Positions 54,101 through 64,000 of a DNA stretch of 64,000 nt are shown piece after piece. Each line of letters opens with the position of its first letter. Position 1 is the first letter of the stretch. Under the pieces are notes generated by a model. It was not told the origin of the DNA. It made no database searches and saw only the letters and a program-made list of their open reading frames with translations. Made by a program: the position numbers and the translations under genes. This stretch comes from Lepidodermella squamata (Eukaryota; Animalia; Gastrotricha): positions 101,815 to 165,814 of the forward strand of contig JBLDXI010000041.1 in NCBI GenBank assembly GCA_047495785.1, given 5' to 3'.

Positions 54101-57100
54101 CCCTCGGATCGAAGGACTAGATTATACACAAACAGAGTAGCAATGCAATGGAGCGAGAGAATATGGCAAACATACCCTGGACACACTCTTCTTGTCTGCG
54201 CGGAAAGTCACATCCACTCGTTCGACGTTTCTCACGTCAGGAAGATCGAAGCTGAGCACTGGGGTTTCTCGGGGCAGCTCCACAGTAACCTCAGGTTGCT
54301 TGTCACGTGGGGATGACTCCCAAGGACGGCGAGCCGAAGGTCTGAGATTTTCGCTCTCCTCCTTGTTGCTCGATACACGGAGACTGTCTTGAGGAATGAA
54401 TGTGGTGTCATCGAGGCTCGACGATTTGGCGCAGATCTTCTTAGGAGCGGCCGTCGTCTTCGGTGTCTTTGAAGTTGTGGAAGAGCCACGTTCGCGGGGA
54501 ACGCGGGGGCTGCTAGGCTTTCCGCTCACTCCCGGCTTTGCAGTAGTCACGGTTGTCTTGCGCACAGTAGTAGTCTTTGGTGCAACCTTGAAGCAACCGA
54601 ATACAGACAACTGAGCCTGAACAGGTTCCTTGGGATCTTTCTTGTTGAACACGACAGTGATCGAGTCAGCATTAACCTCCTTCGGGAACTTGGCCGGCAA
54701 TTCTGAAGGCTTGTATACCTGAGGAAAAACAAGAAAGAAGTCATAATTTTGCAAACGCTGCGTTGATGATGATACCTTAGGCTCCAATACGGGTCTGGTG
54801 TAAACAACGACAGATTCGACGTTGGTATATTGCGGCAAATCGAAACCAGCGAGAGGCGTGCGAGCGGGGAATCGAATGGTCGTTTCCGGTTTCTTGTCTT
54901 CCGGAGAGCTCTTCCATGGCTTCTCAGACTTTGGCCTCAGGTTCTCCTTGTCCTCGGGCCTGCTTGAAGTTGTAATGGAACTGGAAGGCAAGTAGATGGG
55001 TTGTGACATTCCTTCCTTCTTTTCACAAGGCTTCGGCGTGGTTCCAGGAGTTGTTGATCCCTTGGGCGCGTTCGATGCTCCAGTTTGAGCTTTCGGGGTT
55101 GTCGTTTCTGTGATTAGTGACAGCGTCATGTGAAAATTAAATCCGCCACATAACGAGTCGATACTTACTTGGTGCCTCCTTGAAGCAGCCACGAACCGCC
55201 AACTTTGCTTCCACAGGCTTGGAATCATCGATACGAGTGAAGGTCAGGCCGATGGCATCTGCAACCACGTCGGTCGGGAAGTTGACGGGAAGCTCCGAAG
55301 GCTTGTATTCCTAAGATTGACTATTATTAAGCAAGCCAGTCGAAATAGGTAATCTACCCTCACCTTTTCAACGTTCTTGTTCGAAGGCGATACAGTCAAG
55401 CGGACAGCCTTAACGTTCTTAAGGTCTGGCAGGTCGAAGCCAGCAAGCTCAGAACGGCGCGGGAATTGTACTCCAACGTTGGGCAAGCGATCGGTAGGTG
55501 ACGATTTCCAAGGTTGCTTGCTGTTAGGGCGAAGATTTTCCTTGTCCTCAGGCCTGCTTGAGGTGCGCAGGCTTGATGTCGGCAAAAAGGCTGGTTGGTC
55601 CATGCCTTCGCGCTTCGTGCAAGGCTTGCGGGTGCTTGTCGTTCTGCGATCCCTAACCACCTTAGGCTTTGTCGTCGTGCGACCAGAGACAGCTGGGCGA
55701 GCCGTAGTTGTAGTGACTGAAAAATATATTCAGATTGGTCAATTACGCCAGTTATGGAAAGGCTAATCCGTGGCAATTACCGATCCTCTCCTTCGTGCAG
55801 CAGCTCAAGCCGACGCGAGAGCGAACGGGCTTCGAGTCGTCCTTCGGTGTAAACCTGATGACAACACTGTCGGCGGTGATAGCGTCGCGGCCAGTAAACT
55901 TGACTGGCAAATCCCTCGGATCGAAGGACTAGATTATACACAAACAGAGTAGCAATGCAATGGAGCGAGAGAATATGGCAAACATACCCTGGACACACTC
56001 TTCTTGTCTGCGCGGAAAGTCACATCCACTCGTTCGACGTTTCTCACGTCAGGAAGATCGAAGCTGAGCACTGGGGTTTCTCGGGGCAGCTCCACAGTAA
56101 CCTCAGGTTGCTTGTCACGTGGGGATGACTCCCAAGGACGGCGAGCCGAAGGTCTGAGATTTTCGCTCTCCTCCTTGTTGCTCGATACACGGAGACTGTC
56201 TTGAGGAATGAATGTGGTGTCATCGAGGCTCGACGATTTGGCGCAGATCTTCTTAGGAGCGGCCGTCGTCTTCGGTGTCTTTGAAGTTGTGGAAGAGCCA
56301 CGTTCGCGGGGAACGCGGGGGCTGCTAGGCTTTCCGCTCACTCCCGGCTTTGCAGTAGTCACGGTTGTCTTGCGCACAGTAGTAGTCTTTGGTGCAACCT
56401 TGAAGCAACCGAATACAGACAACTGAGCCTGAACAGGTTCCTTGGGATCTTTCTTGTTGAACACGACAGTGATCGAGTCAGCATTAACCTCCTTCGGGAA
56501 CTTGGCCGGCAATTCTGAAGGCTTGTATACCTGAGGAAAAACAAGAAAGAAGTCATAATTTTGCAAACGCTGCGTTGATGATGATACCTTAGGCTCCAAT
56601 ACGGGTCTGGTGTAAACAACGACAGATTCGACGTTGGTATATTGCGGCAAATCGAAACCAGCGAGAGGCGTGCGAGCGGGGAATCGAATGGTCGTTTCCG
56701 GTTTCTTGTCTTCCGGAGAGCTCTTCCATGGCTTCTCAGACTTTGGCCTCAGGTTCTCCTTGTCCTCGGGCCTGCTTGAAGTTGTAATGGAACTGGAAGG
56801 CAAGTAGATGGGTTGTGACATTCCTTCCTTCTTTTCACAAGGCTTCGGCGTGGTTCCAGGAGTTGTTGATCCCTTGGGCGCGTTCGATGCTCCAGTTTGA
56901 GCTTTCGGGGTTGTCGTTTCTGTGATTAGTGACAGCGTCATGTGAAAATTAAATCCGCCACATAACGAGTCGATACTTACTTGGTGCCTCCTTGAAGCAG
57001 CCACGAACCGCCAACTTTGCTTCCACAGGCTTGGAATCATCGATACGAGTGAAGGTCAGGCCGATGGCATCTGCAACCACGTCGGTCGGGAAGTTGACGG

Positions 57101-60100
57101 GAAGCTCCGAAGGCTTGTATTCCTAAGATTGACTATTATTAAGCAAGCCAGTCGAAATAGGTAATCTACCCTCACCTTTTCAACGTTCTTGTTCGAAGGC
57201 GATACAGTCAAGCGGACAGCCTTAACGTTCTTAAGGTCTGGCAGGTCGAAGCCAGCAAGCTCAGAACGGCGCGGGAATTGTACTCCAACGTTGGGCAAGC
57301 GATCGGTAGGTGACGATTTCCAAGGTTGCTTGCTGTTAGGGCGAAGATTTTCCTTGTCCTCAGGCCTGCTTGAGGTGCGCAGGCTTGATGTCGGCAAAAA
57401 GGCTGGTTGGTCCATGCCTTCGCGCTTCGTGCAAGGCTTGCGGGTGCTTGTCGTTCTGCGATCCCTAACCACCTTAGGCTTTGTCGTCGTGCGACCAGAG
57501 ACAGCTGGGCGAGCCGTAGTTGTAGTGACTGAAAAATATATTCAGATTGGTCAATTACGCCAGTTATGGAAAGGCTAATCCGTGGCAATTACCGATCCTC
57601 TCCTTCGTGCAGCAGCTCAAGCCGACGCGAGAGCGAACGGGCTTCGAGTCGTCCTTCGGTGTAAACCTGATGACAACACTGTCGGCGGTGATAGCGTCGC
57701 GGCCAGTAAACTTGACTGGCAAATCCCTCGGATCGAAGGACTAGATTATACACAAACAGAGTAGCAATGCAATGGAGCGAGAGAATATGGCAAACATACC
57801 CTGGACACACTCTTCTTGTCTGCGCGGAAAGTCACATCCACTCGTTCGACGTTTCTCACGTCAGGAAGATCGAAGCTGAGCACTGGGGTTTCTCGGGGCA
57901 GCTCCACAGTAACCTCAGGTTGCTTGTCACGTGGGGATGACTCCCAAGGACGGCGAGCCGAAGGTCTGAGATTTTCGCTCTCCTCCTTGTTGCTCGATAC
58001 ACGGAGACTGTCTTGAGGAATGAATGTGGTGTCATCGAGGCTCGACGATTTGGCGCAGATCTTCTTAGGAGCGGCCGTCGTCTTCGGTGTCTTTGAAGTT
58101 GTGGAAGAGCCACGTTCGCGGGGAACGCGGGGGCTGCTAGGCTTTCCGCTCACTCCCGGCTTTGCAGTAGTCACGGTTGTCTTGCGCACAGTAGTAGTCT
58201 TTGGTGCAACCTTGAAGCAACCGAATACAGACAACTGAGCCTGAACAGGTTCCTTGGGATCTTTCTTGTTGAACACGACAGTGATCGAGTCAGCATTAAC
58301 CTCCTTCGGGAACTTGGCCGGCAATTCTGAAGGCTTGTATACCTGAGGAAAAACAAGAAAGAAGTCATAATTTTGCAAACGCTGCGTTGATGATGATACC
58401 TTAGGCTCCAATACGGGTCTGGTGTAAACAACGACAGATTCGACGTTGGTATATTGCGGCAAATCGAAACCAGCGAGAGGCGTGCGAGCGGGGAATCGAA
58501 TGGTCGTTTCCGGTTTCTTGTCTTCCGGAGAGCTCTTCCATGGCTTCTCAGACTTTGGCCTCAGGTTCTCCTTGTCCTCGGGCCTGCTTGAAGTTGTAAT
58601 GGAACTGGAAGGCAAGTAGATGGGTTGTGACATTCCTTCCTTCTTTTCACAAGGCTTCGGCGTGGTTCCAGGAGTTGTTGATCCCTTGGGCGCGTTCGAT
58701 GCTCCAGTTTGAGCTTTCGGGGTTGTCGTTTCTGTGATTAGTGACAGCGTCATGTGAAAATTAAATCCGCCACATAACGAGTCGATACTTACTTGGTGCC
58801 TCCTTGAAGCAGCCACGAACCGCCAACTTTGCTTCCACAGGCTTGGAATCATCGATACGAGTGAAGGTCAGGCCGATGGCATCTGCAACCACGTCGGTCG
58901 GGAAGTTGACGGGAAGCTCCGAAGGCTTGTATTCCTAAGATTGACTATTATTAAGCAAGCCAGTCGAAATAGGTAATCTACCCTCACCTTTTCAACGTTC
59001 TTGTTCGAAGGCGATACAGTCAAGCGGACAGCCTTAACGTTCTTAAGGTCTGGCAGGTCGAAGCCAGCAAGCTCAGAACGGCGCGGGAATTGTACTCCAA
59101 CGTTGGGCAAGCGATCGGTAGGTGACGATTTCCAAGGTTGCTTGCTGTTAGGGCGAAGATTTTCCTTGTCCTCAGGCCTGCTTGAGGTGCGCAGGCTTGA
59201 TGTCGGCAAAAAGGCTGGTTGGTCCATGCCTTCGCGCTTCGTGCAAGGCTTGCGGGTGCTTGTCGTTCTGCGATCCCTAACCACCTTAGGCTTTGTCGTC
59301 GTGCGACCAGAGACAGCTGGGCGAGCCGTAGTTGTAGTGACTGAAAAATATATTCAGATTGGTCAATTACGCCAGTTATGGAAAGGCTAATCCGTGGCAA
59401 TTACCGATCCTCTCCTTCGTGCAGCAGCTCAAGCCGACGCGAGAGCGAACGGGCTTCGAGTCGTCCTTCGGTGTAAACCTGATGACAACACTGTCGGCGG
59501 TGATAGCGTCGCGGCCAGTAAACTTGACTGGCAAATCCCTCGGATCGAAGGACTAGATTATACACAAACAGAGTAGCAATGCAATGGAGCGAGAGAATAT
59601 GGCAAACATACCCTGGACACACTCTTCTTGTCTGCGCGGAAAGTCACATCCACTCGTTCGACGTTTCTCACGTCAGGAAGATCGAAGCTGAGCACTGGGG
59701 TTTCTCGGGGCAGCTCCACAGTAACCTCAGGTTGCTTGTCACGTGGGGATGACTCCCAAGGACGGCGAGCCGAAGGTCTGAGATTTTCGCTCTCCTCCTT
59801 GTTGCTCGATACACGGAGACTGTCTTGAGGAATGAATGTGGTGTCATCGAGGCTCGACGATTTGGCGCAGATCTTCTTAGGAGCGGCCGTCGTCTTCGGT
59901 GTCTTTGAAGTTGTGGAAGAGCCACGTTCGCGGGGAACGCGGGGGCTGCTAGGCTTTCCGCTCACTCCCGGCTTTGCAGTAGTCACGGTTGTCTTGCGCA
60001 CAGTAGTAGTCTTTGGTGCAACCTTGAAGCAACCGAATACAGACAACTGAGCCTGAACAGGTTCCTTGGGATCTTTCTTGTTGAACACGACAGTGATCGA

Positions 60101-63100
60101 GTCAGCATTAACCTCCTTCGGGAACTTGGCCGGCAATTCTGAAGGCTTGTATACCTGAGGAAAAACAAGAAAGAAGTCATAATTTTGCAAACGCTGCGTT
60201 GATGATGATACCTTAGGCTCCAATACGGGTCTGGTGTAAACAACGACAGATTCGACGTTGGTATATTGCGGCAAATCGAAACCAGCGAGAGGCGTGCGAG
60301 CGGGGAATCGAATGGTCGTTTCCGGTTTCTTGTCTTCCGGAGAGCTCTTCCATGGCTTCTCAGACTTTGGCCTCAGGTTCTCCTTGTCCTCGGGCCTGCT
60401 TGAAGTTGTAATGGAACTGGAAGGCAAGTAGATGGGTTGTGACATTCCTTCCTTCTTTTCACAAGGCTTCGGCGTGGTTCCAGGAGTTGTTGATCCCTTG
60501 GGCGCGTTCGATGCTCCAGTTTGAGCTTTCGGGGTTGTCGTTTCTGTGATTAGTGACAGCGTCATGTGAAAATTAAATCCGCCACATAACGAGTCGATAC
60601 TTACTTGGTGCCTCCTTGAAGCAGCCACGAACCGCCAACTTTGCTTCCACAGGCTTGGAATCATCGATACGAGTGAAGGTCAGGCCGATGGCATCTGCAA
60701 CCACGTCGGTCGGGAAGTTGACGGGAAGCTCCGAAGGCTTGTATTCCTAAGATTGACTATTATTAAGCAAGCCAGTCGAAATAGGTAATCTACCCTCACC
60801 TTTTCAACGTTCTTGTTCGAAGGCGATACAGTCAAGCGGACAGCCTTAACGTTCTTAAGGTCTGGCAGGTCGAAGCCAGCAAGCTCAGAACGGCGCGGGA
60901 ATTGTACTCCAACGTTGGGCAAGCGATCGGTAGGTGACGATTTCCAAGGTTGCTTGCTGTTAGGGCGAAGATTTTCCTTGTCCTCAGGCCTGCTTGAGGT
61001 GCGCAGGCTTGATGTCGGCAAAAAGGCTGGTTGGTCCATGCCTTCGCGCTTCGTGCAAGGCTTGCGGGTGCTTGTCGTTCTGCGATCCCTAACCACCTTA
61101 GGCTTTGTCGTCGTGCGACCAGAGACAGCTGGGCGAGCCGTAGTTGTAGTGACTGAAAAATATATTCAGATTGGTCAATTACGCCAGTTATGGAAAGGCT
61201 AATCCGTGGCAATTACCGATCCTCTCCTTCGTGCAGCAGCTCAAGCCGACGCGAGAGCGAACGGGCTTCGAGTCGTCCTTCGGTGTAAACCTGATGACAA
61301 CACTGTCGGCGGTGATAGCGTCGCGGCCAGTAAACTTGACTGGCAAATCCCTCGGATCGAAGGACTAGATTATACACAAACAGAGTAGCAATGCAATGGA
61401 GCGAGAGAATATGGCAAACATACCCTGGACACACTCTTCTTGTCTGCGCGGAAAGTCACATCCACTCGTTCGACGTTTCTCACGTCAGGAAGATCGAAGC
61501 TGAGCACTGGGGTTTCTCGGGGCAGCTCCACAGTAACCTCAGGTTGCTTGTCACGTGGGGATGACTCCCAAGGACGGCGAGCCGAAGGTCTGAGATTTTC
61601 GCTCTCCTCCTTGTTGCTCGATACACGGAGACTGTCTTGAGGAATGAATGTGGTGTCATCGAGGCTCGACGATTTGGCGCAGATCTTCTTAGGAGCGGCC
61701 GTCGTCTTCGGTGTCTTTGAAGTTGTGGAAGAGCCACGTTCGCGGGGAACGCGGGGGCTGCTAGGCTTTCCGCTCACTCCCGGCTTTGCAGTAGTCACGG
61801 TTGTCTTGCGCACAGTAGTAGTCTTTGGTGCAACCTTGAAGCAACCGAATACAGACAACTGAGCCTGAACAGGTTCCTTGGGATCTTTCTTGTTGAACAC
61901 GACAGTGATCGAGTCAGCATTAACCTCCTTCGGGAACTTGGCCGGCAATTCTGAAGGCTTGTATACCTGAGGAAAAACAAGAAAGAAGTCATAATTTTGC
62001 AAACGCTGCGTTGATGATGATACCTTAGGCTCCAATACGGGTCTGGTGTAAACAACGACAGATTCGACGTTGGTATATTGCGGCAAATCGAAACCAGCGA
62101 GAGGCGTGCGAGCGGGGAATCGAATGGTCGTTTCCGGTTTCTTGTCTTCCGGAGAGCTCTTCCATGGCTTCTCAGACTTTGGCCTCAGGTTCTCCTTGTC
62201 CTCGGGCCTGCTTGAAGTTGTAATGGAACTGGAAGGCAAGTAGATGGGTTGTGACATTCCTTCCTTCTTTTCACAAGGCTTCGGCGTGGTTCCAGGAGTT
62301 GTTGATCCCTTGGGCGCGTTCGATGCTCCAGTTTGAGCTTTCGGGGTTGTCGTTTCTGTGATTAGTGACAGCGTCATGTGAAAATTAAATCCGCCACATA
62401 ACGAGTCGATACTTACTTGGTGCCTCCTTGAAGCAGCCACGAACCGCCAACTTTGCTTCCACAGGCTTGGAATCATCGATACGAGTGAAGGTCAGGCCGA
62501 TGGCATCTGCAACCACGTCGGTCGGGAAGTTGACGGGAAGCTCCGAAGGCTTGTATTCCTAAGATTGACTATTATTAAGCAAGCCAGTCGAAATAGGTAA
62601 TCTACCCTCACCTTTTCAACGTTCTTGTTCGAAGGCGATACAGTCAAGCGGACAGCCTTAACGTTCTTAAGGTCTGGCAGGTCGAAGCCAGCAAGCTCAG
62701 AACGGCGCGGGAATTGTACTCCAACGTTGGGCAAGCGATCGGTAGGTGACGATTTCCAAGGTTGCTTGCTGTTAGGGCGAAGATTTTCCTTGTCCTCAGG
62801 CCTGCTTGAGGTGCGCAGGCTTGATGTCGGCAAAAAGGCTGGTTGGTCCATGCCTTCGCGCTTCGTGCAAGGCTTGCGGGTGCTTGTCGTTCTGCGATCC
62901 CTAACCACCTTAGGCTTTGTCGTCGTGCGACCAGAGACAGCTGGGCGAGCCGTAGTTGTAGTGACTGAAAAATATATTCAGATTGGTCAATTACGCCAGT
63001 TATGGAAAGGCTAATCCGTGGCAATTACCGATCCTCTCCTTCGTGCAGCAGCTCAAGCCGACGCGAGAGCGAACGGGCTTCGAGTCGTCCTTCGGTGTAA

Positions 63101-64000
63101 ACCTGATGACAACACTGTCGGCGGTGATAGCGTCGCGGCCAGTAAACTTGACTGGCAAATCCCTCGGATCGAAGGACTAGATTATACACAAACAGAGTAG
63201 CAATGCAATGGAGCGAGAGAATATGGCAAACATACCCTGGACACACTCTTCTTGTCTGCGCGGAAAGTCACATCCACTCGTTCGACGTTTCTCACGTCAG
63301 GAAGATCGAAGCTGAGCACTGGGGTTTCTCGGGGCAGCTCCACAGTAACCTCAGGTTGCTTGTCACGTGGGGATGACTCCCAAGGACGGCGAGCCGAAGG
63401 TCTGAGATTTTCGCTCTCCTCCTTGTTGCTCGATACACGGAGACTGTCTTGAGGAATGAATGTGGTGTCATCGAGGCTCGACGATTTGGCGCAGATCTTC
63501 TTAGGAGCGGCCGTCGTCTTCGGTGTCTTTGAAGTTGTGGAAGAGCCACGTTCGCGGGGAACGCGGGGGCTGCTAGGCTTTCCGCTCACTCCCGGCTTTG
63601 CAGTAGTCACGGTTGTCTTGCGCACAGTAGTAGTCTTTGGTGCAACCTTGAAGCAACCGAATACAGACAACTGAGCCTGAACAGGTTCCTTGGGATCTTT
63701 CTTGTTGAACACGACAGTGATCGAGTCAGCATTAACCTCCTTCGGGAACTTGGCCGGCAATTCTGAAGGCTTGTATACCTGAGGAAAAACAAGAAAGAAG
63801 TCATAATTTTGCAAACGCTGCGTTGATGATGATACCTTAGGCTCCAATACGGGTCTGGTGTAAACAACGACAGATTCGACGTTGGTATATTGCGGCAAAT
63901 CGAAACCAGCGAGAGGCGTGCGAGCGGGGAATCGAATGGTCGTTTCCGGTTTCTTGTCTTCCGGAGAGCTCTTCCATGGCTTCTCAGACTTTGGCCTCAG
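51138..64000 (-). CDS. 3' part of a giant mucin/adhesive-like protein: tandem discoidin (F5/8C)-like modules with Thr/Lys/Pro-rich linkers and a C-terminal cystine knot; 5' end outside the window
   Basis: Per 1812-bp unit: exons of 353, 142, 332, 543 and 148 nt (1518 nt, 506 aa) and introns of 53, 61, 57, 59 and 64 nt, all GT-AG and frame-consistent. Unique terminal exons 52092-51731 and 51674-51138 end in a CTCK pattern (C..CNC..ECTGAC..SCRCCNP..C..CGC..C). Confidence 0.85.
52023..64000. repeat. Intragenic tandem array, 1812-bp period, at least 6.6 copies, runs off the window
   Basis: The unit starts at CGATCCCTAACCACC at 52023, 53835, 55647, 57459, 59271, 61083 and 62895. All six-frame ORFs recur with identical translations every 1812 bp. 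Confidence 0.99.

Noticed and set aside
52023-64000. Array as satellite DNA, CRISPR or tandem separate genes; the 368-aa and other ORF-track proteins as real products
   Set aside because: There are no spacers and no per-unit start or stop. Exons splice in frame across unit boundaries into one CDS. The 368-aa ORF reads through a 57-nt intron, and the other ORFs are off-frame or antisense shadows.

Overview
Gene-dense animal (invertebrate) genomic DNA from a compact genome, with GT-AG introns mostly about 50-70 nt; the species cannot be identified from this window. Reading left to right: an SLC1/EAAT glutamate transporter (-, with a 10-nt microexon), TPD52-like (-), a 5'-truncated CR1-group LINE (+), tetraspanin (+), FAF2/UBXD8 (+), UMP-CMP kinase (-) only 107 nt downstream of DcpS (-), ARPC4 (+), Caprin (-) with a second CR1 LINE just upstream of its start codon, RIPOR/FAM65 (+), DCDC2-like (-), a Pil1/Lsp1 (eisosome)-like BAR protein with PPxY/LYPxI motifs (-), MEF2 (+), and a GPI-anchored Ly6/three-finger-like protein (-). 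The last 12.9 kb is the 3' part of a giant, probably secreted, mucin/adhesive-like gene (-). It is built from at least 6.6 apparently identical 1812-bp units (5 exons and 5 introns, 506 aa, three discoidin/F5-8C-like modules with basic Thr-rich linkers), followed by one divergent module and a C-terminal cystine knot. The strongest leads are this repeat polyprotein, the animal Pil1-like protein and possible operon/trans-splicing organisation. Family calls rest on motifs recognised from memory and exon models were spliced by hand; no database search was run.
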